In this document: positions 12,113 through 26,099 of the stretch, piece after piece
How the letters are laid out: the number at the start of each line of letters is the position of its first letter
Numbering within the stretch: position 1 is the stretch's first letter
Source: Cyanophora paradoxa CCMP329
Lineage: Eukaryota > Plantae > Glaucophyta
DNA length: 64,000 bases
Assembly (NCBI GenBank): GCA_004431415.1
Contig: QPMI01000709.1
Span: 186,001 to 250,000, forward strand
Direction of reading: 5' to 3'
Program-made: the position numbers and the translations under genes
The notes under the pieces: model-generated
What the model saw: the letters and a program-made list of their open reading frames with translations, nothing else
Databases searched by the model: none
What the model was told of the DNA's origin: nothing

Positions 12113-13496
12113 CTTAGCTGTGCTGCTCTGCTCTCGAAGCTTCGGGAGCTGAGGGCGGCGAGCTAGCTGGGCGAGCTGAGGAATGAGGTGGAGGGAGCGC
12201 TCCCGCGCTGAAGTGGTTCCTGACCGGACCCTCTGGTTTTCGGGCGTATGATGCGCGTGTCGTTTGGCGCTGATGTGACCGCCCGGTTCGCGCTGGCGAA
12301 CTCAGAGCTGGAAGCGTTGAATGCTGACTCGGTGATTGCGCGGATGCTATGCACGCGCATCGGGGTGAAATGACCCTCGGGTTATGCGCGCGCGAAACGT
12401 AAGGATTCCGGTCACCTCGATCTCCACGTACCACGGCCGGCAAGGAGCATCAAGCTCGGAGCCCAAGCGGCATGTGCATGATCGAGAGCTCAATAAGGAA
12501 AAATAACGGCAAATGAGCGCCTAATAATCCAAGCGGCGCGAAAAAAACGCATGGGAGAGCGTTCAACCGCGGCTGGCGGAACGGCGCCGGCGTGCATGTG
12601 CCGGCGCGCGCGCGCGCCTCGACGCGGACCGGCGCGGTGACCGGACCTTGGACCGCGGCGCGCGCCGGCGCGGCGCCATGGCCAGCCGAGCAAACCGTTT
12701 TTGAACGTTACGCGCGCGCGCGCCTCCAGGCCACTCTTTCGCGATCGCGATTGATCACATGCGCGGCGCAAAAATAGCCCGTGGCCATATGCATGCATAT
12801 GGGGCCGCGGGGCGCGTTGCTCATGTCACTGATCGATGTCAGTTATCATCACGGCATGATCATGGCCGGCACTGAATGCCACTGATGGCAGCTGCAGTGC
12901 CACATACTACATCGGTCGGCGCCGACCGTCGGACTCATCGGGCGCGGCGCGGCGTCCGGTCCTATATGGCCGCCGCTAGTATATGCTAGTATGGCCGCCG
13001 GGCCATGCCATCATGATCATGAATGATCATTCCAAAGTGATTCCGAAGTTCTGATCATGAGTCACTGAGTTCATGTCACTGATCATGAGTCAACTTCATG
13101 ATCAAGATTATGATCATGATCTTCCGGATCCTTTCCTAGCTATAGCGTACGGTTCGAAATCCGAACTTGGGAATTCGAGTGCCAAATTAAATTCAGCGGC
13201 TTCCGAAGCTCTAACCTACTAGGCTAGCATATTCGATCGATGAATTCCGATGAAGTTCAAGGCGCGGACTGTGCGCAAGGATCAGCCCTACTAGGCTGTA
13301 GCTAGCGGCCACTGGGCCAGCTACAAGCCTTGGATGGAAAAACCTCCGTTCGCGAGATCAAGAGGAGCCCTGGAAGGACCGAGGGGGCTCGGCGGCTGGC
13401 GGGGCGGGTTCCCGGGTCCGATGCTCAGGGGGTCCGACGCTCGACGCGGCGCGCTCGAGGGCGGCGCGCGGGAGCCGATCGCGAGCCTCGGAGGGG

Positions 13497-14944
13497 CTAG
13501 AAGAGGGCCTCGAGCTCGTCGGCGAGGGCCTGGTCGTAGGTCGCCCCGGGGGCCTCGGGCAGGGCCTCGCTCCCGTCCTGCGCGTACACCCGCACCGTGA
13601 AGGGCCACAGGCACTTCGGCCCGAACCGCCGCACGGTCTGCCCCATCGCCGCCGCCGCCTGCAGCGGGTGGTACACCGCCGTGAACGCGAAGGGCACCTG
13701 CGGCGGCCCCGGGGTGAGGGGCCCGAGGGAGGGGGAGGGGGGTACGGGGGCGGAGCGGGGGTACGAGGTCGGGCACCAAAGGCACGCGGTAGAAGGCGTG
13801 CCCGTAGGTCGCGGCGAGGACGGCCTCGGGCCGGTTGGGGATCGATACGCGTACCCCGCCGCTCATCTCCGCGGTCCGGAGGGGGAAGACGTCTCCGAGG
13901 GGGTACGGGGGGTACCTGCACCCCTGCTGGAACTCCACGGGGATCGTGGGCACAAGGCGCCCGTCCACCTCCGCGAACTGCCGTACCCCCCCTTCGGCAT
14001 CAGGGGTACAGGGACGCGTCCGGGGTATGGCACGTAGACAGGGCTGAAACAGGGGTATCCACCTCCTCGACGTCGCAGAAGACCTTGTTCTTCCAGTGAA
14101 TCTGGATCGTGCCTGCGGGAGAGAGTCGCGCTCAGTCGCTGAGTCGCTGATCATGAGCGCCTGCCGCGGGGCGGGGGCCGGGCGGGGGGTACCGGGGTTG
14201 GCGAAGTAGAAAGTGGCGTCCCCGTCCTTCCTCCTTTCCCGCGCGATTTCCACGAGCCGCTTGAAGTCTGCAGGGCGCGAGGGGCGACGAGGAGGTCAGC
14301 GGCGACGGGAGAGAGCGCAAGCTGCACGCCCCTGGGGCGGGTTACGGACCCTCTCTCCTCATAGCGAAGTCCAGGTCATGGTCCCTGCGCGGGTGTCCGT
14401 TGGAGCTGGGCGCTTGGCTCGGGCTTGCTGGAGCTTGTGGGTCCGCACCATGGAATGACCCGCCTGCACGGGCGCGCAGCGACGGCGACCGCCCCGCGGT
14501 CAGCCGGCGCCGCGGAGCGAGAGCGGAAGCCGCCAGTGCCGCGAGAAGGCTCACCCGTGCCGAATGAGGCCGAGAAGCGTGCCGTAGTCTGCGCAGTGCG
14601 CAAGGCCGCGCCGGACCGTGTCGGCCTGGGCCTCGCCGCGGTCCGGCGGGCGGGCGCTTGACGCACCTATCCAGTACTCGAGTTTGTTGTCGGCGAAAAG
14701 CTGCACCGCGTACTTCAGCAGCTCAACCAGCTCACTGCGCACGCCGGCACCGCTCGTGAGCGCGCCGAGCACTGCGGCATGCGCTGGCGAGCACATTTGG
14801 TTTTGACAGGGATCTCCCCACTTGTAATACTCCTACGCGCAAGTGAGAGGATGGTAAGAGGCGCAATACGTCGACGCGCGTGCGCGCCCGGGATCCGCGA
14901 CGAACCTTGAGATCCGAAATGAAGTGCCGCGCCGCGCCGAGCAT
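13497..14944 (-). CDS. LicD/fukutin-family nucleotidyltransferase-fold phosphotransferase
   Basis: ELLKYAVQLFADNKLEYWI-DYGTLLGLIRHG...VIPW-DHDLDFAM matches the LicD GTLLG...IPW.DxDxD signature; later VSIPNRPEAVLAATYG. Start is approximate. Confidence 0.8.
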
Positions 14945-15357
14945 GTAGCCGATCGCGAGCGCGATTCTGTGCGTTCAATCCGGCGCTACGCGTGGCTGTG
15001 AAGAGAGGACCACCTGCGGCGGCGCGGGGCGCTCAGCATGCCGCGACATCGTTCCAGAGAACATCGCGCAACCTCGCGAGCGGGTCCGTGCACGCCTCGC
15101 AGTTAGGTCGCCTCGCAGTTTGGTCACCCGAGTACAGTGATTTGGAACCTTCCGAATTTCGGACGAAGGTCGAACGGTTGGCCGCCGCGGCTGAGCCGAC
15201 GCCCTTGAGCGACAGCTGCCGTGCAGTGCGCGTGTGCTTTTGCCAGCTGCCTCGCCGTATGCCTGAGAGCCGCTGGGCGAAACGTCCGACAATCACAACC
15301 CCAACGGCGGAGGAGCGTGCGCGGTAGCTATAGCAACGCGCTGCGGCAGATCTAGAG

Positions 15358-17701
15358 ATGCGTATCGCGGTGCTTGAATCCAGCTACGCCGCGAGCACAT
15401 CCATTTTCAAGGAAGTGGATGGTGCGCCGTGTTTCTCCGAGCTTCGCGCGCGCACGGCGTTCGAACTCGGCGCAGGCATGTACGCTTGCTCGCAGTCGTT
15501 TATCGATCTTTACGGCGAGAGCGATCAGCACCAGTTCATCGCCCAGCAGGTTCGCGCGCGCCGCTGGTAGCCGCCCCCTGGGCTCGAACCGGTTGCGGTG
15601 GCGCGCAGATCGACAAGGCGGACGCGGTACAGCAGGTGATCCGCTGCGTGCGGGAAAACGCGGTGGAGCTCGTCGTGAACCTCTGGTACAGGCATTTACT
15701 GCTTACCGTGTTAAGGGCTTTTCCTGGAAACGTGACATCTAATCACTTCCGTTTCCGAATCTTTCAGCGACGGCGCGTTCGACGAGGACCGCGCAGGAGC
15801 CGAGGTCATCGAGACCCTAGACGCCCTTCGGGTCCGCGCGTTTGAATCCCGAATCGAATCCTATGCGCGAGCCGACGGCCGGGCGCGGGGCCAGGTGCCA
15901 TACACGGGGGCGGACCTGGCCTTCTACAAGCTGGACAAGGTGGCGATGAAGCTGGCGGCGCACGCGGAGGGCATCGCCTGCCCCGCCTTCGTCCTCGCCC
16001 GCTCCGAGGACGACGTCCGCGACGCCGCCGCGCACCTCCCCTTCCCCGTCATCTTCAAGGCGCCGCCCTCCGATTCCCAAGTCTCCGCGCTCGCGTACCC
16101 CCGCTGACTCGTTCCCCCCGCAGCACCCGAACTCGGGCGGGTCGTACGGGATGACGCGGCTCTCGAAGTGCGGGACGGGGGAGGAGCTGCTCGAGCGCTC
16201 GCGGGCCCTCCTCGCCGAAGCCGGCTCCCTCCTCATCGAGGAGTTCGTCCCCGGCCGGTGCGCGCCGTGTACCCCCTCGTCTCTCCCCCCCCCTGCCCTG
16301 ACTTCTCCCCCATCCCCAAGGGAGTTCACGGTGCTGGTCGCGGAGGATCCGGACGACCCGCGCGGGGCCGTCGTCATCGGCGGTGCGCCCGTACCCCCCC
16401 TCTCCCTCCTCCCCCCCTTGCGGCCCGAACTCACTCCCCGCAACCGATAGCGCTGGAGTACATCTTTCCGGAGGGGGAGGACTTCAAGCACTTCGAGTCC
16501 AAGTGGGGCGCCGTCGCCGAGCGCATCGACTGGCGGCCCCTCTCCCCCGACGCGGTACCCCTCCTTCCCCTCTCTCCTCCCCCCCCCCTCACTTTTTCCC
16601 AGGATCCGGCGCTCTACTCCAGGCTCGAGGACGCGGCGGTGCGGGCCCCGGCTCTAGTCTCTAGGCTTGCGGAGGCTTTGCAATGCCGTGCGCTCTGTGA
16701 CGCCTCGGGGCGGGCCTCGGGTGCATGCAGGTGCGGGCGTTCGTGGCGATGGGGGGCACGAGCTACGGGCGGGCCGACTTCCGCGTGGATCCCGCCGGCC
16801 TCCCCGTCTTCCTCGAGATGAACCAGGTGCCCCCGCCCCCTTGAGCTTCAAACGACCCGCGGCCGGCCCCCAGCCTCACTCACGCCGCGGCGCAGAACTG
16901 CGGGCTGTACTACCCCAAGGGCGAGGTGAGCCCGACAAAGGGGCCCAGACCAGAGCGCTGTGCTTGGGGGCCGGGGAGGAACGGGGCAGCTGCTCCCGCC
17001 ATGCGCGGCCCGGCCGCCGCCTGAGCCTCCCGGACGTCGGCAGGTGAGCACTGACTTTATCGTGGAGCAGTGGCCGGGGGGCCACCGCGCCTTCACGGAC
17101 CTCCTCCTCCGCGCCGCCCTCCGCCAGGTCCGCCCCGCCCCGCCCCCGCGGCTCCCCAAATCTATCTTAGATCTAAAGGGGGCCCCCGGCTCGGAGCGGG
17201 GGCCCCCAGATGGAGCGGCGCCTAGAGGGTGGGCGGCTGAAGGGGGCGGCACACCCGGCCGCCCGCCCGAGCCCCTCCGCCGCCCCTCTAGATCTGACCG
17301 GGAGGGACACGCGGCAGCACGCGCGGCGGCGCCCCAAGTTCGACGCGCGCATCGTGCGGGGCGCGGAGGGCGCCCCCGAGCGCGTCGCCTCGCTCTACGC
17401 GACCGAGGCCGTGCCCCGGGGCGGCCTGCTCTGGAGCCCCGCGGGGCGGGGCCGCGCCGGTGTCGGGGGCGGCGGGGGCGGCGACGCCTCGCGGCTCCTC
17501 TCGCACCTGCGGCAGGGCCCGGAGCCGAACGTGGCGTTCCGGGCGCGCACGGGCGAGCTGTACGCGCTGGAGGCGATCGAGCGGGGCGAGGAGCTGCGCC
17601 TCGCCGCCCCGGCCGCCCCCGCCGGCGCCGGGAAGCGCTCGGAGGCCGAGGGGATCGACGTCGACCAGCTCCTCGCCCTCCTCCGCGGCCTCGGCGCCTG
17701 A
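15358..17701 (+). CDS. ATP-grasp (D-Ala-D-Ala-ligase-like) protein with C-terminal SET-like domain
   Basis: ATP-grasp motifs VNLCDGAFDEDRAG, VPYTGAD, FPVIFKHPNSGGSYG, LIEEFVPGREFTVLV and YGRADFRVD...FLEMNQNCG. The C-terminus SLYATEAVPRG...HLRQGPEPNV...LYALEAIERGEELRL is SET-like. Confidence 0.85.
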
Positions 17702-19106
17702 CCCCGGCCCGCTGCCCCCCGCCGCAGGCGTAGGCGGAATCCGGAAGCTTAAGCTTTCCCTCGCCTGCCCCAGTGCCTTAGCCGCGCCGTGGCCCAAAAC
17801 TATGATATCCATCGATATCGATATCGAGGCCTTAGATAGTTAGCGTTCAAGAGATGTAGCCCTTTTCACACGTCGTTTCACTAGGACCAAAATTTCTTTG
17901 CTACCTCCTTCAACTTGACGAATTCCCGGAGTCCCTTTCTGACCTGCCAGGCTGCTGGCCATATGCATGCAGCGCGCGCGCTCGTGCGAGAGTGTGCACC
18001 TTTTTCTTCAATTTCCGTTGAGATGTCGATCATCGGATATCGCAGATTGAGTGACAGTTCTTTAAACTTCGGAACTTTCATGCCACATTGCAGTGCAATC
18101 AGATGATCATCGGATGCCGCCGCGTCGCAGATTTACATCTTTTTTTTATGCGTTTGTCTGTATTTCGAGATTCTGAGATGAAGATCGTACACTCTAGATC
18201 TGAGATGACTCGCTCCGATCCGATCATGATCGGTGGCCGCCGGGCCACTGGGCCATGGTTCACGGTCCGACGGTCACCGGGTCAACGTTACTAGTTAGGT
18301 CTTCACTGCCAGGCTGCCAGGCTGGCACATGTACACTTGACAACTTGACACTGTGACAACAGTTGAACTTCCTGATCAAGCGGCGCGGTGGACCCGGCCG
18401 CCGGGCCGGGAGCTTCAAGCTTTCAGGCTTCATACTTGCCAAGTTCAACGGTTGCAATTCAATGATTGGCCCAGTGGGTCACCGGCCGCGCCGCGGCGGG
18501 TTTCATGATCAGTTTGGCCCCCCAAGCCCTGAGGGCCTCCGGATCACCGGGGGGACCCGTCAGGCGGGGCATTGTAGGCACTGAGTAGTACATTTCAGTA
18601 CTAGTTCCACGGCCAGGGCGATCCCAGTGACTGACTCGGTGACTTGCATAATAACTGTAGAACTAACTACTAGGCTAGTAACTTACTTAAATAACTGTAA
18701 CTTGAAAGGGCTTTATCTGATCATTAGCTATAAGTGAACTATCAAGCTTCAATATTCAAGCTCAACTTGACAAGTATGATTCGCGATCCGGAGCCTCGGA
18801 GGCGCGGGGAAAGAGGCCAGGGAAGGGGAGCTCGAGCGAGACAAGGGATTGATCATGAGAAGGAAATGAAATGGACTCGAGGAAGCCTTAGAGGGCGGGC
18901 CCCGGGCCGGGGCCGCCGGCGCGGGCCCCGATCGTGATGTGATTCAGCCGCCGCGCCCGCCAGGGCGGAAGAGCCTTCCGAGGGTCTGCGGGAGTTCGAA
19001 GCCGTGGTCAGCGACTCGGTGAGTCTGCCAGCGAAGCCTTGAAGCCCGCTGCCAGCAGCTGGGGCGGAAAGGCTCGCCCCACGTCTTAATTCAATGATTA
19101 GTGCTT

Positions 19107-21114
19107 CTAGCTGAGCCTGAAGGGCCCGCGATCGCTCGAAGTCTTTATCAAACGCTTAGAGCTCAGCTGCCAGATAGCTTCCTCTCTTCTTAAGCTTGGG
19201 GCCGGGGGCGGGGGGCGGACCTTGAGGAGGGGCTCATCCCAGGTCTCCCGGTGGGCGATGACGCGGGCCCGCGCGGGGGCGGGGCACTGCTCTTCGTCCC
19301 GGCCCCCGTCGCAGATCGCCACTGCAAGGGCGAGTCAGCGAGTCGGCCTTCCAAGGGGCGTCCTCGAGGGCAGAGCCGCACAGTCGTACTCGGTGCCGCC
19401 GCGGATGAGGACGCGGGGCCGCCAGGGGAGCCGCAGCGACACGTCGAGCTCCCAGCGGGCCACCACGACGGCGTCCGTCCCCGCGTCCTCCGCCGCGCTG
19501 CCCACCGCCCGCCCCCCCCGCGCCCGCCGCAGCCGCTCCGCCACCTCCTCCGGCGACCCCGCCGCCCCCTCCTCCAGGGGGTACACCATCACGATGTCGA
19601 GGAGGGTGACGCGGGCGCTGGAGTAGAAGGCCCGCAGCCGGGAGATGTTGCGCCGGTACGTTTCGAAGCCGCGGAAGCGCAGCGTCGGGTCGGCGAACAG
19701 GCAGTCCTGCGCCCCCGCCCGGCGCTCAGAGGCCCGAAGATTCGACCCGGGGAAGCGTTCCCGTTCGTTCGCACGCACCGGGTCGTACAGGGAGGCGTCG
19801 ACGTTCGCCGTGACGAAGTACATCGCCTCGTACTCCCTCTTGAGCGCCTCTTCGAGCGCGGCGGCGGCGGCGAGGCGCAGCTCGCGCCGCCTGCGCTCCT
19901 CCACCTCGCGCCAGCGCCGCTCCCGCCGCCCCTCGCCCTCCTTGCCCTTGCCCTTCCCGTCCTCCGGCTCGTCCGCGCAGTCCACCATGTCTACGCCCCC
20001 GGCGCTCCGCCGTCAGCAAGGGCGCAAGGAGGAGAGAGAGGAGGGGCCGAGCGCACCGTGGGCGTCCTGGAGCTCGTGCTGGATGGTCATGTTCCCCAGG
20101 TCGTCCGTCGCCGTGCTGCGCGGCGCGCGGCGTTAACGTCTGAAGTCGGCCCGAGGCGGAGACGGGGGATGATTTGATCCGGGGCCACCTGAGCTGGAAG
20201 ATGCCGAAATACGCGTCGGAGTCCGCCATCATGCGTTCCATCTCCTCCCGCTCCACGCTCGCGACCAGCGACATCGCCTGCGCGCGCGGGGCAGCCCGTC
20301 AGGCCGAGTTGTTGAAGGCCGTGGTCTGTGGATGGGGCGGGACAGCGCGCTCTCTACGCTTTTGGGTGAACAAGCCCCAGCAGTGATGTGCGGCGCATGA
20401 ACCGCAGCGAAGGAGCGGGGCGGGGCGGGGCGGAGCGGTGCGGGGCGGGAGGGGCGGGGCGGCGCACGGCGACGATGGCGGCCTGCCAGAACGTGTACTC
20501 GATGTCGGGGAAGAGCGCCAATTGCACGATCTCCACGCTGTACGACGAGAACTGCCGCCCGCGCTCGCTTAGCGCGGGGCGGGGCGGGGAGGTGCGCTGG
20601 GCCGGCCACGCACCTTGAGCAGAACGAGGCCGGCGCGGATGAACGGCAGGTTTCTCAGCAGCGCGATCGCGGCGAGGTAGGCGCGGTCCTCGAGGCTCGC
20701 CTGTCGCGTCGGGGACAGGACTGGGCCCGCTGTGGCCGCGTCTGCAGCAGAGCTTGAGGCGACGGCATCGGCTCGGATTGCATCCAGACGTCCTGCGCCT
20801 CCTAGCCGTATCGCCGTCGCCGTGGCGGCCGTCTGCAGGTCCACCACCTCGACGTCCGCTTCGGTTCGAAGATCCCCCGAGGTTGAGCACACTACGGAAG
20901 CCCCGGAGCGCCTCCGCCGCGCTGCATGGTTATTGCTGCTCTCGAAGGACCGCCGCAACGGCGCCAGTGGTGCTGCGCCGGCGCGCCACGCTGTTCTGGC
21001 GGGCACACGTGCCGATTGTTTCGCGCCTGTGCGAACCGGTCGCGCGCTGCCGACGGGAAGCTGGGATGCTGAGAGGCGGGTCGGTGAAGCCAAGCATGAT
21101 ATGAAGCTCTCCAT
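19107..21114 (-). CDS. Plastid-targeted DUF2358 (SnoaL/NTF2-like) protein
   Basis: Ser/Ala/Arg-rich N-terminus MESFISCLAS... (Phe at position 4). Core YFVTANVDASLYDP-DCLFADPTLRFRG...ARWELDVSLRLPWRPRVLIRGGTEYD...IAHRETWD. 3' end is approximate. Confidence 0.75.
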
Positions 21115-21301
21115 CGCCGCAAGCTCGAGCGCGCGGCGCCCGTCGCCTGTTCCGAGGGGCGCTTGTCGGGTTTGGACGCCGTCAAGCTAGAGATACTTCA
21201 AAGAAGCCAGGCTAGGCTTTCTAGACGCCGGGGCAGCCGAGGGCTTCAATTTACCGTGAAGGGACGGGTACAGGTTAGGGTCTGCGACGAGCTTCAAAAG
21301 C

Positions 21302-24300
21302 ATGGCCCTTCGAGCGCGGGCCTCGGGCCTGACGTCCATCTCGCCCGAGAAGCTCCTGGTTCGCCGGTCACGCCGCACCCCTGCAGCCCTCGGACTAGTC
21401 GTTGTGCCGGCTGGCGTCGGCGGCTAATCGCAGCCTGCAAGAGCTAACAGAATGCGTGCGTTTTACAGGCCGAATCCGGTGGGCTGCGTGCGACGGACGT
21501 GGAATCGCTGGTGCGCGGTGGCGCTTTCTACGGTGTCGCCCTCTCGCTCACTCCGCTGGCTTAGGATGTGAGCGACAATGAGCTGACGTCTATCCCGAGC
21601 GAGATCAACACGTTCCCGTACCTGGAATCGCTCTGCGCCGCTCACAACTCGATTTGGTATGCCGGCGCGATGGCGAACTGCTTCTCGGTCGTCCTTACAA
21701 CCGCGTGCAGCATCGTGTCCTCTCTGCCGGCGAGCCTCACCAAGCTGGACTTGGTGCGCTGCGTTTTCATGTCGCCAGTTGCGGCGGGCCGGGGGCGCTG
21801 GGACTCACGCCGCCGCTCACGCGCAGAGCTACAACAAGCTCGGGCCCGCGGAGGCGAAGTTCCTCCGGGAGCTCTCCGGCCTCCGAGATTTGGATCTCAG
21901 GCGAGTGTCCGGCGGCCGCGCCGCGCTGCAGCGTAGCTTACCGCGGCGCGCCCGCAGCTACAACCTGTTCACCGACGTCGCCTTCCTCGGATCAAACCGG
22001 GCGCTGCACACGCTGCGGCTGGCGGGGAACCGGATCAGCGGGCTGACAGGCCTGGGCGCCCTCGGCAACCTGACGAGCCTCGACCTGCGCAACAACCTGA
22101 TCGACCAGTTCGAGGACCTGCGCTGCCTCTCCATGAACCCTCTCCAGCACCTCTCGCTCCGCGGTAACCCCATCACCAAGTGCGGCCTGCCCGCCCACGC
22201 CCGCCTCCCCTCTTTCAAAAAGAAAGAAAGGAGGAAAGAAAGAAGGGAGAAACTCTAGTCTGATCTATACGTGCAGGCTCCAGTCGTACCGCTACTCTGT
22301 GCTCCACATCATGCCGGCGCTTGATACGCTTGACGGCGAGAGTGCGCGCTGCACCCCCCGTCTTTCTGCCCGCCTGCCCGCCCGCCCGCCCGTCTCAATC
22401 CGAGCGTGCAGAGCTCCCGCAGTCGCCATCCAAGGGCCGCCCAGCGTGGCAGAACCCAGGTGACTCGACCCCCCCCTTCGCCCGAGCTCCCCGGTGGCGC
22501 TCACGCTCCGCGCTGCAGGCGCTACGGGGACCAGCCCGACCCGCCGCGGGTCGAACGACGACATGCCGCCGCCGCCGCCGCCGCCCGGTGCGCCGTCGCG
22601 CTCCGCTAGCGGCCGGCCCCGCGGCCCGGACCGAGTTCGTGCGGCAGGGGCGGCGCCGGGGTCGCCGCTGGCGCGGAGCTCGCCCACGGCCCGGCGGGCC
22701 ACGCCGCCGCTGGGCTCGCCCGGGACCAGCTCGGGCCGGCCCCCGCGGCAGCGCAACTTCCAGGCCGTCCCCATGCCCCACTCGGGCCCCGTGCGCGCGC
22801 GCCCCGCCCCGCCCGCTCCGCCCGCGCCCGCCGAGCGGGCGCCGTCGGCAGAACTCGAACGGGGAGTCTCCGGCGGCGAGCACGACGAGCCTACCCCCCG
22901 CGGCCTGAGCGCCTCGTACCCGCCCGCGGACGGCGCCTCGGCGCACGATTCGGGGGGCGAAGCGGAGGCCAGCTCGCCGGCGCCGGCGCGGCGCTCTGTC
23001 GAGATAGGGCAGTACGGGCTGCCGCCGGCCCGGCCCCGCCCGCCGCCCCGCCCTCGGGGCTCCTCCCGCCGCCCCCGCCCCGCCCCCGCCCCCTCCTCCC
23101 CCCTCCCAGCGGGACCCGGACGCCTCGTTCGCGTCGATCGCGGCGGCGGCGGCCGCTCTGCTGGCGGACGCGACCCCCTCCACGACGCGGGGCCCCACGC
23201 CGCCGCCGCCCACGGAGCGGGGGCGCGGGGCGGGCGCCCCGGCGCCGCCGCCGCAGACGGAGGCGATGGTGAAGCTGATCACGAAGCTGGCGGACACGCT
23301 CTCGCTGGAGGAGATCCAGCTCATCGCAGAGTCCGACCTCGCCACCTCGCTCTTCACCACCATCATCGACGACTCGGCGCTCATGCTCGAGGCCGGCGGC
23401 GAGCAGGGCGCCCTGCAGGGCAACGGGGGCGCCCGCGCGGCCGCCGGGCCGGAGCGGAGCCCGCAGCGGGCGGCCGCGGCGGCGGCCCTCTCCGCAGCCC
23501 ATCAGCAGCAGCAGCACCACCACCACCACCAGCACCACGCAGATGACCGGTCGGCGTCGCCGGCGCCCAGCGCCGACTCCAGCGACGAGCGCCTGCGCGA
23601 CGAGATCCTGCGCACCATACCCCCCGCCGGCGGCTCCCCCGCGCGCCTCGGAGGGGGTGCGGAGGGGCCGGAGGCGGCGCTGCGGTCGCCGGCGGCGGCG
23701 GCGGCGGCGGGGGCGGTGCAGGAGCTGGCGGAGCTGCTGGAGGAGCCCGGGGTGCGGGAGCTGATGGGGCGCCTGGAGGAGGGCACCCTCTCCCCCGCGA
23801 GCTCCGCTCCCTCGCCGACCGCCTCGCCGCCGCCGCCGCCGCCCCGCCCGACGACCACCAGCCGGCCCCGCACGCCCCGGCCCCGCCCGCGCCCCCGCCG
23901 CCGCCGCCGCCGGCGCAGGGGGGCCACAGCTCGCCGGAGGGTGTGCTGGGGACGGGCCCGCTGGAGGAGCGGCTGGCGCAGCTGCGGGCGGACCGGGACC
24001 TGCTGGAGGACAAAATGGCGGCCTTGGAGGCGCGCCTCTCCTCGCTCCGCGCCTCCCGCACCGACCCCCTCCGCGCCTCCGCCGCCTCCTCCTCGGGGGC
24101 CGGGAGCCCGCCGCCCCGCGGTCCCCCCCGCCCCAACTCCCTCGCCTTCTCCCCCGGCGTCAGCGTCGGCCGCGACGAGTCCGGCTCGGTGGCCGGCGGC
24201 GGCGGGGCGGAGTGGAGCACGGCGCGGGCGGAGCGGGAGGAGCTGCTGCGGCGCTGCGCGTACCTGGAGTACCGGATCGCCAAGGCCGAGGCGCAGGCGC

Positions 24301-25582
24301 TGGCGCAGAGCGAGGAGATGCAGGAGAAGCTGACGATCCTGCGCGAGCGCCTCGCCGCCGTCGAGCGCGAGCGCTCCACGGTGCAGTCGACGGCGGCGCC
24401 CTCGCCGACCCGCACGGGCTCGCCCAACAACAGCGCCCGCTTCCTGCGGGCCCCCTCGGGGGGCAGCCAGCAGCCGACGCCCGGCTCCCACCAGTCGCGC
24501 TCGCCTGGCGTGCCCCCGCGGGAGCCCCGCGTCCTCATCGAGGCCCCGCCCGAGGAGGAGGCCGGGCCGAGGGGCGCGGGGCGGGTGCGGCCGCCGCCGC
24601 CGACGCCGACGACGCCGGCGCTGGCGTGGGAGCAGGAGGCGGAGGAGGTGCTGGCGGCCGCGGCGGCGGTGGCCGGCGACGGCCCCGAGGCCGACCAGTG
24701 GCGGGAGGACCTCTTCGACGCCCTCCAGCAGCTCCAGGCCCTCGAGCGGGGCGGCGCCCAGGGCCCGGGCGCGGGCCAGGGCGGGGCCCCCGGGGGGCTC
24801 CCCTCGGAGGGCCTCGCCGCCTTCCTCCGCGCGCACCGCGCCTCGCTGGACGCGGGGTCCCTCCCGCCCCTCTCCCAGGCCCAGCAGCACCGCGCCGCCG
24901 AGCTCGCCCGCCTCCGCGCCCAGCTCCAGCAGGCCCGCGTCGACCGCGAGTCCCTCCTCGGCGAGCTCAACAGCTGCATGAGCGCCCTCCAGGTCCCCTC
25001 GGCCCCCGCGCCCCGCGCCCCCCGACCCCAGCCGCCCGCCTCACCGCGTAGTGCCCCGCAGGAGATCCAGGTGACGTCGCGCTCGCCGTCGCCGTCGCCC
25101 CTGCCCCGCGCCGAGCGGCTCGCGGCGCTCGCCGCCGCCGCCGCCGCGCCGGCCCGGGCTCCTCCTCCCGCTCCCTGCCCCGCGGTGGGCCCGGCTCGCA
25201 GCGCCCCTCTTCCGCGCGGTGCGCACCTCCACCGCTCCGCGCCACTCCCCTGCGCCCTCCTCACGCGGCGCGCAGGCAAGCGCCGTGGCGGCCGCCCTCG
25301 AACACGCTGCGGGGCCGGCGGATCTCGATAAGCCCCGAGCGGGGCCGACAGGCGAGCCCCGAGCGGGGCCGGGGCGCGGCGGCGGCGGGGGCGGCGCGGG
25401 CCCGGCAGAGCCTGGACTCGGCCGACTTCGAGCACGTGATCCAGGCCCGCGTGCCGCACTACGCGCTGCCGCTCAAGCGCGACTTGCCGCGGCGCCCCTC
25501 GACGCGGAGCCCCGTCAAGAGCCGGCCCGCCCCCGCCCCCGCCCCCGCCCGCGACCGCGACTACGACCGAGACTACTACTAG
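21302..25582 (+). CDS. SDS22-like LRR protein with long Pro-rich and coiled-coil C-terminus
   Basis: LxxLxLxxN repeats (LTKLDLSYNKL, LHTLRLAGNRI, LTSLDLRNNLI, LQHLSLRGNPI), an LRRcap (YRYSVLHIMPALDTLDG) and coiled coils near 24000-24970. Confidence 0.8.
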
Positions 25583-26099
25583 CTAGCCGCCCCCCACGTC
25601 CCCCCGGAGCCCCTCCCCGCCCTCTTCCCATTCCATCCCCGTCTTTCCAAGGGTCTGGACTCGTGAAATAATGAAAAAAACAGATCCTCATGTAATCACT
25701 GTCACGTCACAGGCACTGCACACTGAAGCGTCGAGTCACTACCGACTCGGGGAAGTAGCCTAGTAGCTGAACAATCAAATGAACTGCTGGACCTGCTGTT
25801 GAAGCGTAAGCTGATAATGAAAAGTGCTACCGTCGTCACATACTATGATACTTGGTTGAAACTGGAATTCGAAGGCCCTGATCACGAGGCGCTAACTGGA
25901 GGAGCTATACAGACGGTTCGAGTGCATGGTATCGATCGCGACGATGTTCCGACCCGCGGGGCGATGGCGGCTGGACGCGTGCGGCGGGGCGGCGGCTAGA
26001 CGGCGTTGGGGACGGTGTTGCCGGACATGCCGCACCTGCCCGCCCAGCGGGGCGTCAGAAGGCGCGGGGCAGATAGGAGTCCTCTTCTGGGGGTTTCAC

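Noticed and set aside
15358-17701. Plastid peptidoglycan D-Ala-D-Ala ligase
   Set aside because: No transit peptide, no Ddl N-terminal GG.S.EH.VS motif, and it carries a SET-like fusion; it belongs to a different ATP-grasp subfamily.
17800-19100. Short ORFs in an AT-richer intergenic block (e.g. 17881-18081)
   Set aside because: No recognisable motif, splice chain or termini; probably decayed sequence.
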